Below, piece after piece: positions 8,896 to 18,611 of a DNA stretch of 30,590 nt. The position numbers and the translations under genes were made by a program. Origin of the DNA: an archaeon (GTDB taxonomy: Archaea; Asgardarchaeota; Thorarchaeia; Thorarchaeales; Thorarchaeaceae); contig JAJRZD010000003.1 of NCBI GenBank assembly GCA_024275415.1, positions 1 to 30,590 of the forward strand. The letters run 5' to 3'. The notes below the pieces were generated by a model, which saw only the letters and a list, made by a program, of their open reading frames with translations, had not been told where the DNA came from and made no database searches. Within the stretch, counting starts at the first letter, position 1; each line of letters opens with the position of its first letter.

Positions 8896-10062
8896 CTATT
8901 TGCTTAGATTTCGTAATCTTTTTGATTCTTCAGATATTCGAGATACTGCATACTCTACTTCTTGTTGGGTAGTAAAACGTCCAATACCTATTCTGATTGA
9001 TGACTTTATGGATTATTCATCCAAACCCAATGCTGACAATACATGAGAAGATTGAACGTTGCCGGTTTCGCAAGCAGACCCGGTTGAAAATGCAAGTTCT
9101 TCTCTCAAACTATATTGAAGTGCCTTGTTCCGTACTCCAGGAATGCAGAGATTTAGGTTATGAGGGAGTCTTTTCTTTGAATGTCCATTAATGATGATTT
9201 CATCCAAGCTGCTTTTAAGACTGGAAAAGAAATGGTTTCTTAGTGACTCAAGTCGTTTTTTCTCCGTAGAAAGTAGGGTTTTTGAGATCTCAGATGCTTT
9301 TCCCAAACCTACTATCCCAGGGACATTCAAAGTTCCTGACCGAATTCCCCGCTCATGACCACCACCATATATGAGGGGTTCTATCTTGACACGTGGGGAT
9401 CTACGCCGTATAACTAATGCACCTATCCCTTTAGGACCATACATCTTATGACCTGAAAGTGAAAGAAGGTCGATATCATTTTGTGTCAAATCAACATTCA
9501 GATATCCAACTCCTTGAGCAGCATCTGTATGAAAGAAAGCGCCGAATTCATGTGCAATCGTCGCCAATTTAACGATTGGTTGAATGGTGCCGATCTCGTT
9601 ATTGGCCATCATTATCGAAACCAAGAGTGTGTTTTCATCAATCGCATCTCTGAGATCATCAGGGCTAACCAAACCGTATGTATCCACAGGCAAAATTGTC
9701 GATTCATAGCCATTCTTTGATAGATACTCAACCGATCTGAGGACAGCTTTGTGTTCAATTGCGCTTGTAATTATTTTTCTCTTTTCAGGATTGGCCTTTG
9801 CGCATCCAATAATGGCTAGATTGTCTGCTTCTGAGGCACCACTTGTAAAAATAATCTCTGATGGATTACATCCTAGGAGAGAAGCTAAACGTTCGCGGGC
9901 CAATGCAACCCCCTTTTGGGCTTCAGAGCCGAAATAATGGTCTATGCTTGAAGGATTGCCAAACTTGCTGGAAAAATAAGGGATCATTTCCTCGAGTACT
10001 TTGGGATCTGTTGGCGTAGATGCGTTGTAGTCCAAATAAATGGGTAAACTGAGGTCATTCAT
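8896..10062 (-). pseudogene. dndA: Cysteine desulfurase DndA (IscS-type) interrupted by an in-frame TAA at 9013-9015
   Basis: IYLDYNASTP, HTDAAQ, PLP lysine motif SLSGHKMYGPKG, catalytic STGSAC. After TAA the same frame continues SIKSSIRIGIGRFTTQQEVEYAVSRISEESKRLRNLSK to TAG at 8896-8898, the typical IscS C-terminus. Confidence 0.85.
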
Positions 10063-10074
10063 GATTTGATCACT

Positions 10075-10437
10075 TCAGGATTTATACAAGTTTAAAAGAT
10101 CTGATAAAGTCTTAATACGGCTATGCAGCAAGGAAATCCCTCGATTCAGATGAGCCTTAAGATAGAGTAATCCTTCTTTCTCAAGATCCACTCCATCATT
10201 CTTCATTCTTTCAATCAATAACGCTATGAACAGCTTGTCCCATTCACCTGTAAGGGTATACCTGTTGAATTCTTGTCCATTCTCATCGAAGTCGGTGGGC
10301 GGCAGGTGGGAAGTTTCTAATGAATAACACAGTCCTATTCTACATAGCAGATTAGGTCTTAAACCTGTTCGGCGCTTCAGGACTGTTATTTTTGAGGTTG
10401 CAGATTGACTTAGTTTGATTTTCTTAAAGGAGATCAT
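10075..10437 (-). CDS. dndE: DNA sulfur modification protein DndE
   Basis: IKLS..A...I..LKRRTGL.PN.LCRIGLCYSL...EFNRYTLTGE...HL.RGI..L pattern; directly follows dndD (4-nt overlap). Confidence 0.9.
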   Translation of the reverse strand: MISFKKIKLSQSATSKITVLKRRTGLRPNLLCRIGLCYSLETSHLPPTDFDENGQEFNRYTLTGEWDKLFIALLIERMKNDGVDLEKEGLLYLKAHLNRGISLLHSRIKTLSDLLNLYKS

Positions 10438-12437
10438 GTGCTAACCCCCGTAGTAACAACCAATGAACTTGATCCTTTTTTCCCATTGAATCGAATCTTA
10501 TATTCCTGAATAATATGAGGTGCAATGGTTTCTCGAATTGATTTGGTCATTTCGGTATTGGTGGCAAAGAGTATCAGCTGATCACATGACAGGCTTAATA
10601 GATTCTCTATAACACTTTTTCGGTGTTTTCTGTCTAGTCTTGCTAGTGGAGTGTCAACAAGCAATGGAAAGGATCTATTGGACAGTCTAAGTATCGATAA
10701 TAATAGAGCTACTGCATAGAGCTGTTTTTCCCCGGCCGATAACATCGAGCTTGCAGTATAATCGGTGTTGTTGCGGTAAAGATTGGCAGTAAGATTCTCT
10801 GCATCGATATCAACTCGTTCAATCTGCTTTGATGGCGGTCGTAAATTATTAAATACAACTTTGAACACAGATTCCAGCTCTTTGATTCTTCTCTGTAGCA
10901 GATAGTCTTCAAATTCCTGTAGCACCTCAATAGCATTTCCCGCTAGACCGGCTTTCCGAGTTTCAGAAGATTCTTTTCTGATTTGTTCGAGAATCTTGGC
11001 TTTTTCTCGTTCCTTGATTTCAATGGATTGTTCTAGAAGCTTTACCAGTTCATGGAGGGATTCAAGTTTCAATTCCTGCCGTGATAATTTTCTCGATCTT
11101 GCATTAAGTTCCTCAATCAATGGTCTGACGACCTCATCTGCTGGGACTCGTTCCAAATCTGACTTTGTTTTCACTAAGATCTCCGTCTTTTCATTCAACT
11201 CATTTACAAGTTCCTGAAGTTTAGTTGAACCGAAGTCCTGTAAATCGTCTATCAGTCTTATAAACAGATACCTTTCAGATTTACTCAGATTATGCCTAAT
11301 CTCACTTATGCTTTCAGGGGTAGTGAGCATAGACTCAAGAATGTGATTGATGCGTGTATAGATGTTGGTTCTGCGTTCCTCATCAATCTCAATATCCCAG
11401 ATGGATGCATTGCTAAATGCAGAAGCAAGTACTCCTCGAACATCTTGAATTGCCTCTTTTCGGTCTTGAAAAGCAAGAAAATCTAATTCATTCCTCAGCT
11501 GAGTCTTGAGTTTCTTAGATAAAGTTGGACAGAATGAAAATGGCAGAATTCCTTCAGCCAGTCCAGCAATATCCTTTTTTATTGATTCAATTTGGTGTTC
11601 TAGTTGGGTCACAATACGGATTTTCTTTTGCCGATCCTTTGCAAAACCAGACCCTTCTCTTGCTAGACGCTGTTCAATTTCAGATATTTTTTTCAGAGAG
11701 TCGCTGAGTCCTAACTTGATGCTTTTGATTAGTTCTTTTGTGTGTTCAATTTTCTGTGAAATTAGACCAATTTCGCTTACAACTTGTTGATACTCCTTCT
11801 GAAGGCTGCTTGATTTTGTCTTATCCAAACTGGATAGATATAGACTTACATCTTTTCGTGCCCGTTTCACCAAATCGATGCCGGTTATTGCATGGAATCC
11901 GTCTTTCAAGAGTGCATGAGAATTGGATGTTTCGGCAAATTCCTTTATTTTTTCACCATCGAAAAAAACCAGTTGTGATAAGCCAATGGGATACAAGTTG
12001 AGGAGAAACTCTTGAGGATTTGTGATAAAATCCATGTGCCCGCTCTCATCAATTACACATACTTGCAAATTCTCTGAAATCGTATCCTTCCTAATCGACC
12101 AAGACCTAGAAACTTCGATCTGATATGTACGTCCAGCTTCAGTATAGGAAAATCTTGTCTTGATTTGTGCGGTTGTGTTCCTCTTTGAGGAATCAGCATG
12201 AATTCTGTTCATTAGGTGATTTCGATAATCCTTTGAAGGCATTTTTTTTCCTGAGAAAAAAGGCCCCAGAATGCAAAGGGAGATTGCTTCGAAAAGGGTG
12301 GTTTTTCCTGAACCATTATTCCCCATAAATAGAACAACCTCAGGAGCCCTAGCAGTGTTGTTTGATGAAACAAAATCTATAATGATATCGCCTGAATATA
12401 TCCCGAAGTTGTTAAGTCTTGCCCGTAGAAGTTTCAT
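10434..12437 (-). CDS. dndD: DNA sulfur modification protein DndD (SMC/ABC-type ATPase)
   Basis: L.NFGIY, Walker A GNNGSGKTT, FFDGEKI, long coiled coil, signature LSAGEKQL, Walker B/D-loop LVDTPLARLD..HR. Confidence 0.92.
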   Translation of the reverse strand: MKLLRARLNNFGIYSGDIIIDFVSSNNTARAPEVVLFMGNNGSGKTTLFEAISLCILGPFFSGKKMPSKDYRNHLMNRIHADSSKRNTTAQIKTRFSYTEAGRTYQIEVSRSWSIRKDTISENLQVCVIDESGHMDFITNPQEFLLNLYPIGLSQLVFFDGEKIKEFAETSNSHALLKDGFHAITGIDLVKRARKDVSLYLSSLDKTKSSSLQKEYQQVVSEIGLISQKIEHTKELIKSIKLGLSDSLKKISEIEQRLAREGSGFAKDRQKKIRIVTQLEHQIESIKKDIAGLAEGILPFSFCPTLSKKLKTQLRNELDFLAFQDRKEAIQDVRGVLASAFSNASIWDIEIDEERRTNIYTRINHILESMLTTPESISEIRHNLSKSERYLFIRLIDDLQDFGSTKLQELVNELNEKTEILVKTKSDLERVPADEVVRPLIEELNARSRKLSRQELKLESLHELVKLLEQSIEIKEREKAKILEQIRKESSETRKAGLAGNAIEVLQEFEDYLLQRRIKELESVFKVVFNNLRPPSKQIERVDIDAENLTANLYRNNTDYTASSMLSAGEKQLYAVALLLSILRLSNRSFPLLVDTPLARLDRKHRKSVIENLLSLSCDQLILFATNTEMTKSIRETIAPHIIQEYKIRFNGKKGSSSLVVTTGVST

Positions 12438-13852
12438 GGATTATCCCCTGTTTCTTGTAATGCAATGAGTTCTTCCTCAGATCGCCACTCTTCAGAGAAT
12501 ATTCTATCAATCTTTTTTGCAATGTTCTTTCTTCTAGATAATCCCTGTGAAAGCGATTCCAAATCAAGTATCTTCTTGATTAGACCAACCGGAACACCAT
12601 ATTTCGTGCAAATTGAGTGAAGTTGGGACTCGTCCTCTGGATGAAATGATACAATATCATCCTTTTTCCATTCCAGGTCGGACTTCATAACATCTCTGTA
12701 TATATCTGGAAGACAGTCTTGCCAATCACTACGCTCGATTCTCCAGAGTCTTCGGATCTCGTGGAGTTCCTCATCAGATATCACTTGGAAATCAATTTGA
12801 TTTCTGACAAAGTTCCTTTGAATCTCCAGCAAATCGTGCAGGATCTTTTTACATGTTTCAAATGTGTAAGGACCACGAGCAATTGTTGTATGATCGTTAG
12901 TCTTGAAAAGGACTCGTCCATCTCGTCGCTTATAGTCTCTGAACTTGTGTTTGTTTTTTGGTTCTGTGGTTTCATAGAGGTAATCTCGTAGCACTAAAAG
13001 ATGTTCCATCCAGTCCATGCCGGAGTCAATTAGGTTTTCCATCGATTTGTCTCTAGAAACAACAGTGCATGTCCAGCACCCAAATCGGGTGTTTCCGCAA
13101 GAAGGCGTGCTTCGGTCTACAACCAAGGGACATTCACCATCTTGTGCATCGCGATATAGTGATAACAGCTGATAATTATCATCACCCCAAGGAGATTTCT
13201 GTTGAAGAAGATAGCCCCAAACATCTTCCAATGAGAATTCACTTATTGGTGCATAAACGTATGCTCCAGAAAAATTCGAGTGTGAATATAGATTCATTCT
13301 CTTTGTTTTTCGAAGGCTGAGAACTTGATCACGCGTAGCACTCTCTCCTTTTCTAACTCCGAGTACAATGATCACCTCGCCATGATATGCGATTTGATCC
13401 TCGATGAATTTATTGGAAGGTCGGATTTTCAGTCTGTCTGTACACCATCTAAACTGGCGAGTGGGCGCTGCATATCCTCGTCCTACTAAATTAACCCAGA
13501 ATGTTTGGGATCTATCCGGATATACAATTTCTATTTTGAAAGGCAATGCTTGTTCTTTGGCAGCCTTTCGCATGTTTTCGACTGACTGATGTATTCGTTT
13601 CAGGACGATAGGATTCTCAACAAGAGTGTCAGAAGTAATTACATAGACAGGCTTTGATAGATCCTTTCGAGAGAGCCTTGAAAGGGCAAGCCAAACAAAT
13701 TGCAATGTTGCAGTTGAGTCCTTTCCTCCACTGTATCCTACAATCCAAGGTCGGTTATCAGAAAGATACAGGTTTCGTATTTCATCGTAGATGCCATTAA
13801 GTCGCATTTCGTGCAACGGATAGAATGTATCCGCACCGTTATCTTCAGTCAT
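12434..13852 (-). CDS. dndC: DNA phosphorothioation sulfurtransferase DndC (PAPS-reductase family)
   Basis: PWIVGYSGGKDS, SDTLVENP, FWVNLVGRGY.AP...FRWCTDRLKI, CPLVVD..TPSCG..RFGCWTCTVV..DKSM. Confidence 0.95.
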   Translation of the reverse strand: MTEDNGADTFYPLHEMRLNGIYDEIRNLYLSDNRPWIVGYSGGKDSTATLQFVWLALSRLSRKDLSKPVYVITSDTLVENPIVLKRIHQSVENMRKAAKEQALPFKIEIVYPDRSQTFWVNLVGRGYAAPTRQFRWCTDRLKIRPSNKFIEDQIAYHGEVIIVLGVRKGESATRDQVLSLRKTKRMNLYSHSNFSGAYVYAPISEFSLEDVWGYLLQQKSPWGDDNYQLLSLYRDAQDGECPLVVDRSTPSCGNTRFGCWTCTVVSRDKSMENLIDSGMDWMEHLLVLRDYLYETTEPKNKHKFRDYKRRDGRVLFKTNDHTTIARGPYTFETCKKILHDLLEIQRNFVRNQIDFQVISDEELHEIRRLWRIERSDWQDCLPDIYRDVMKSDLEWKKDDIVSFHPEDESQLHSICTKYGVPVGLIKKILDLESLSQGLSRRKNIAKKIDRIFSEEWRSEEELIALQETGDNP

Positions 13853-14159
13853 ACAAGCATCGCCTTCCGATTATAACCAAATACCCTGCCTCTTGTATGT
13901 TTTAATAATGCTCCTTAAAGTCCTATATTACAATTAGTTGTAAGTGGACGATGTAGTTAGGTTTTTGATGGTTTCCTTTCTTTCCAGTGGTATCATCTAT
14001 ATCTGAATTGTAAAGTACTTTCCTAAGGTCAATGCATAAACCCGCAACTTAAAAATCAACACCATATCTGCAACAATGAACAGAAGTGTCGAGTACAGGG
14101 GGATCTGTGAAGAACATTTTTATTGTAGTTCGCTGGAAATCGATTGTCTTCGGTAGAGC
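13853..14159. promoter_or_regulatory. Divergent AT-rich intergenic/promoter region between the dnd and pbe-like operons
   Basis: Both operons start from this ~300-bp gap. TATA-like tracts are present (e.g. cctatatta near 13922, tttaataat), but exact elements are not resolved. Confidence 0.45.
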
Positions 14160-15968
14160 ATGGTGAGTGATATGAGTAAAGTGCTTATGGGCATGAATAC
14201 ACTCAATAATCTCCTCAAGATCGGGCTGGAAGAAATCGCATCGGACACGCTGTATTGTATGAGCTATAATGTAAATCTTGATTATGTCTTATCACTATTC
14301 GATTCATACAGTAGCCTCGAACGAGTCTTCATTTATGCAAACAATGAGATGATAAGTCACTCTGGTAGAAATACTAACCGAATTGTTGAACTTATAAATA
14401 ATGGAAATCTGCGAATCCACTATGTTTCATTAAACCGCTTATTGATCCATGCAAAAGTGTATGCATTCCATAAAGACGGAAAATGTACATTGGCAGGGGT
14501 TGGGTCTTCAAATTTCTCGTCTAAATCGAATCAAAACTTCGAAGTTATTACTGTCTTTCGAGATCCAATTCCGGACGAGCTTCCACATATTTGGAGCGAG
14601 GTTTTGTCAATGTCTAGAGGTGCGTTAAAAAAGACTGAAGGAGCACCGCCATTTGTCTATAAACGACCGCCCTCGACACTTTTTGTGGTCGATTCGAAGA
14701 TCACGGAAGGGTTATGGGAACACCAAAAGATCATTATCGATTGGCTCTCGACACGTACTAGATCCATTGTAAACATTCCGCCGGGAACAGGGAAAACAAA
14801 GATAGCACTTGTTTATGCTATGCACCTGAAAAATGTAAAACCAAACTTAGCAACCGTAATACTTGTTCCTACAAAAACGCTGATACAACAGTGGATTGGT
14901 ATTCTTCAAGATGCAGGTATGGAGGCATACGAAGGAGGTACAGACCACTCTTCACTTGCAGGATTCTTGGGTGCTCCAGAGGGGTGCTTTTTGGTTACGC
15001 TTTATAATCGGTTTTGGGATTATTCTGACTATATTCTAAGAGAGATTGCAATCATTAATGTCCCGTTTCTAATCATTGCGGATGAATGTCATCGACTATA
15101 CTCTAGACTAGACTCTCTGTTTCGCACTACTCAACAATTGGAGAATAATGGTGTCGAGTACTATCATCTCGGACTTTCTGCAACAATAGATACATTTTAT
15201 GAGAATCTTTTGGATGACTACTTGTCATACTGTGGAGGGACTGATTCGCAATTCAGCATCGAGCTTGCTCCGTTCTATTCTCAATGGAATGACAGAAATG
15301 ATTCACCCATTCTCAAGGAAGTTGAGTATTATCCGGTCTTCTGTAGATTATCGGATCAAGAGATGAAACGCTTCAAACAACTATCAAAGTATATAGCAAT
15401 CCAGTCAGGAAGCATTGATATAGATGGGAAGTCTGTAGGTAGAGCATCTATTCAGAGAGCGAGATTCGTACGGGGAACTGAAAGTGGAGTTAGGGCGCTA
15501 CGATCCCTCCTAGATGATGCGATGAGCTTGATCAACAACCAAAATACAATCATATTTGTGCAAAGGAACGAGATTGCGGAAAATATCCGTAACTATATTA
15601 CAAATCATAAACTTTGGAATCCCGATTCCTCTGCCTATGTATATGATTCTCATCAACCCGAGAGATACTTGGACTACGCAATGGAACGGTTTAGATCCAA
15701 CAAGGGATTCTGCCTTATTGCAGAGCAGATGATAGCAGAGGGATTCGATCTTCCAAGTATCGCCATGATCATTCTTCACGGGTCGCATAGATCTGAAAGA
15801 GATTGGATCCAAAAAGTTGGTAGAGCAATAAGATACGATAAAATGCGCCCTGATGATGTCGCGAAAGTATTTGATATAGTATTTTGTGATACAAATGGAA
15901 ATATCTTGGAAATGGAACAAGAAAGATATGCTACACTTACAGCAATTTCAGTGAGGAAGATCAAGTGA
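14160..15968 (+). CDS. pbeA: PbeA-like protein: PLD-family nuclease domain plus SF2 (DExH) helicase
   Basis: IHAKVY...GSSNFS (HKD-type PLD), Walker A PPGTGKT, IADECH, LSAT, EGFDLP, QKVGRAIR. First gene of a four-gene cluster beside dndCDEA, as in the archaeal Dnd-Pbe system. Confidence 0.8.
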   Translation: MVSDMSKVLMGMNTLNNLLKIGLEEIASDTLYCMSYNVNLDYVLSLFDSYSSLERVFIYANNEMISHSGRNTNRIVELINNGNLRIHYVSLNRLLIHAKVYAFHKDGKCTLAGVGSSNFSSKSNQNFEVITVFRDPIPDELPHIWSEVLSMSRGALKKTEGAPPFVYKRPPSTLFVVDSKITEGLWEHQKIIIDWLSTRTRSIVNIPPGTGKTKIALVYAMHLKNVKPNLATVILVPTKTLIQQWIGILQDAGMEAYEGGTDHSSLAGFLGAPEGCFLVTLYNRFWDYSDYILREIAIINVPFLIIADECHRLYSRLDSLFRTTQQLENNGVEYYHLGLSATIDTFYENLLDDYLSYCGGTDSQFSIELAPFYSQWNDRNDSPILKEVEYYPVFCRLSDQEMKRFKQLSKYIAIQSGSIDIDGKSVGRASIQRARFVRGTESGVRALRSLLDDAMSLINNQNTIIFVQRNEIAENIRNYITNHKLWNPDSSAYVYDSHQPERYLDYAMERFRSNKGFCLIAEQMIAEGFDLPSIAMIILHGSHRSERDWIQKVGRAIRYDKMRPDDVAKVFDIVFCDTNGNILEMEQERYATLTAISVRKIK

Positions 15969-16141
15969 CAGCCGACAAGATCGATATCCAACAGGAAATC
16001 GAAATAATATTGGAACGTGAGTTTGGATCTATGTTAGAATCTTTGTCTGAAAATCCTCTCTTCGAGATTGTCAAGTCAGGCGAGATTAAGGACATGACAC
16101 TTGATGATGTAAAGAAAAAAGTCCTTGGGAGACGCTCATAA
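15965..16141 (+). CDS. Small acidic 58-aa protein, PbeB position (not in ORF track)
   Basis: GTG 15965 overlaps the pbeA stop (GTGA) and its TAA overlaps the next ATG (TAATG). Translation: MTADKIDIQQEIEIILEREFGSMLESLSENPLFEIVKSGEIKDMTLDDVKKKVLGRRS. Confidence 0.7.
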   Translation: MTADKIDIQQEIEIILEREFGSMLESLSENPLFEIVKSGEIKDMTLDDVKKKVLGRRS

Positions 16142-18018
16142 TGAGTATCAGATTCCTCTCAATAACTGTTTCAGGGTATCGCGGGAGACACTTCAAGCTA
16201 GATATGGGCGACGAAGAGCATTCAGTTTTTGTGATGGATGGCAACACAGGCAAAACAACCACGATCGAGCTTCTTAGATGGTGCTTCCGATTTAAGGAAA
16301 GCGATGCCAAGTACAAATTCAGACATATGTGGGCGGATCCAGCCCATATTCTCGATTTCGAGGTTGAAGGCAAACAGAAATGCTTGATCGAGATTCAATT
16401 CAAGGATGATAAGGGAAACCATTACAAGTTTATTCGCGAAACAATTGGAGAACATGATAGAACAAGATCAGGTGATAAAAAAACACGGGGGGATATCATA
16501 TTCAGCATAAGGGATACACTTGAGATCAATCGAGGGAAACCGGTACTACAAGGAGATAAAGTAAACGAATTCCTTAACGCGCAGTTTAGGCTTGGAGTAT
16601 CTGCTGATTACTTCTGCTTTGATGGTGAAAAGGCCAGAGAAATGATAAGGATGGCCACCTCTGAAGTACAACGGTTGATTGACCTTATCAGACAGCGTAC
16701 AACACACTCGCTAGTTCAGCTGTATCTCAGGAGGCTTGACGACCTACGCGATAACTTGTTGACCCAATCATCAGTCACACTAACTGATCGAGTTCAAAGA
16801 TCATTGAAAAAAAAGCTGGAATCAAAAAAATTCGAGCTTGCATCTCATAATGATGAGATCGATAGACTAAATGATGGAATATTTGTTTACGAACAGGAGG
16901 TAGACAAGCTTGATGATGAGATAAGAAACCTCACTGAGAAAATAAGATCTGCAGAATCAGATACGATTAGACGAAAAGCGGTTCTTGAACATGAACTAAT
17001 TATTTCGAAGAAGCAAATCGAACAGATGAGAGGAGAGGTCTACAAAAACTGCAGAATATGGATGGAACCACAAAACCATCACCTGGTAATGCAGATTAAG
17101 GAGCTGGTTCGCGAACGAGGGCGTTTTCCGGACCCATATCACACGGATCTCATCACTGAATGTTTGAAAGATCCTCCCATATGTCAGATTTGTGGTAGAC
17201 CTCTAGATTCTAAATCCATAGAACGAGTCAAGAAACTTGGTATGCAGATAGCACCACATGAAGTTCAAACATTTCTAACTTCCGAGGTTGTTTCGGAGGA
17301 CAGTAATTATGATGTAGTAGAAATCCGAAGAAAGATACAATCTGAAGTCCAGAAGCTGAAACGGATTGAAAATGAGTATCAAAGGATTTCTCTAAGCAAA
17401 GAAGATGAGGATTTATTCGAGGAACGAGCTGAAAAGGCAAGACAACGGGAGGAGTTCAATGGCAAGCTCATTGAAAGTCGTTCATACCTAAAAGATGCAT
17501 TGGACTATAAAGCTATTCTTGAGCACGAAGTTGAGCAGATAATTCAAAAGAGTGATGCCTTTAAGAAGAACAAACCTCTACTTGACGAAATCGAAAGATT
17601 AGAGATTGCTCTTAATGAGGCCCATGACAGAATGAGAGCAAGAACCATAGAAGTAATAGGAGAAGTCATTTCGAGAGCAGCTTCCAGCATCCTTGGAAAA
17701 GAATTTACCGCAAAGCTCTCTGAAAAAGACGGACTGATGTTAGGCGAAAAGGGATTTTATAGTGCTGAGATTGGAGGGTATTCAGGACGCCTTATCCTGT
17801 CATATCTCTTTGCAGAAGCCATGAGCCAGGTAAGTCCTATCATCATAGATACCCCAGTAGGAAATGTAGGGACTCATAGACCTGCTTTGGCAGAACACTT
17901 GGCAAATAATCACTCACAAGTTATTCTTCTATGTCTCCCAACAGAGCTTGGGGGTTTTGCAGAGAAGTTTGCAAAGCCAGCGAAATTCAAAACCATAAAA
18001 AACCAACCGAGAGAATAG
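16141..18018 (+). CDS. pbeC: PbeC-like SMC/Rad50-type ATPase (DndD paralog) with a zinc-hook CxxC
   Basis: Walker A DGNTGKTTT, YFCFDGEKA, coiled coils flanking CQICGRPL, Walker B IIIDTPVG. Confidence 0.8.
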   Translation: MSIRFLSITVSGYRGRHFKLDMGDEEHSVFVMDGNTGKTTTIELLRWCFRFKESDAKYKFRHMWADPAHILDFEVEGKQKCLIEIQFKDDKGNHYKFIRETIGEHDRTRSGDKKTRGDIIFSIRDTLEINRGKPVLQGDKVNEFLNAQFRLGVSADYFCFDGEKAREMIRMATSEVQRLIDLIRQRTTHSLVQLYLRRLDDLRDNLLTQSSVTLTDRVQRSLKKKLESKKFELASHNDEIDRLNDGIFVYEQEVDKLDDEIRNLTEKIRSAESDTIRRKAVLEHELIISKKQIEQMRGEVYKNCRIWMEPQNHHLVMQIKELVRERGRFPDPYHTDLITECLKDPPICQICGRPLDSKSIERVKKLGMQIAPHEVQTFLTSEVVSEDSNYDVVEIRRKIQSEVQKLKRIENEYQRISLSKEDEDLFEERAEKARQREEFNGKLIESRSYLKDALDYKAILEHEVEQIIQKSDAFKKNKPLLDEIERLEIALNEAHDRMRARTIEVIGEVISRAASSILGKEFTAKLSEKDGLMLGEKGFYSAEIGGYSGRLILSYLFAEAMSQVSPIIIDTPVGNVGTHRPALAEHLANNHSQVILLCLPTELGGFAEKFAKPAKFKTIKNQPRE

Positions 18019-18020
18019 AC

Positions 18021-18611
18021 ATGCGATTAACAGGTAATGTAAGTATGCCAATGGAATTAGTTGAACTCCTCAAGGTTAGAGAGAAGAAAGTTAGACAAGA
18101 AGACGTCGAGTCCAACTCTGAGGATTATTTATCACACATCCCTCGCCTTGCGGATATCCTTCTTATGTGTGTTTTCTATGGTTTCTATAGGGCAAAAGAA
18201 TTACCATCGTCGGTCAATACGAATGATATGGGATCTTACGAGTTCAATGTAAGAATTGATAAAGAAGCATCTCGTCTTAGGCATGCACTCTTGATGATAT
18301 GGATAAGGGAAAATAGAGAACTACTCTGGGGTTCTAAAGATGAGTTTCGCCTCAAATTGTACGATTTTCTAAAAGACATTTTAGACGATTCATACTTGAT
18401 TCAGGTTATCTTTCCGTTCTACCTTTCTAAATCTGCAGAACCTTATGGCGATGTATCATTTATTAAAAGGCTTGAAAGAAGTAGATTCGTGGAATGGGAA
18501 ATGAAACAGCATGCGCCCGAGAGAATCGCTATCGAATTCGTGTCTCGGATGCGCGAGTTCGAAGAATGGCTTGCTAAGTCACTAGAGGAAATAAGTGAAA
18601 CATTCGAATAG
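18021..18611 (+). CDS. PbeD-position protein, DndE-like pattern
   Basis: ATG 18021, 2 nt after the pbeC stop (track start 17931 overlaps pbeC). Shares LP...EFN...ALL spacing with the DndE in this window. Confidence 0.65.
   Translation: MRLTGNVSMPMELVELLKVREKKVRQEDVESNSEDYLSHIPRLADILLMCVFYGFYRAKELPSSVNTNDMGSYEFNVRIDKEASRLRHALLMIWIRENRELLWGSKDEFRLKLYDFLKDILDDSYLIQVIFPFYLSKSAEPYGDVSFIKRLERSRFVEWEMKQHAPERIAIEFVSRMREFEEWLAKSLEEISETFE

Noticed and set aside
9013-9015. Stop-codon recoding (Sec/Pyl) in dndA
   Set aside because: The codon is TAA, not TGA or TAG, and the position is not a catalytic residue. Mutation or error is more parsimonious.
14160-18611. DndFGH restriction module or a Lamassu system
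   Set aside because: No DndF/G/H-sized or -patterned genes. The four-gene PLD-helicase/small/SMC/small order next to dndCDEA fits Pbe better.
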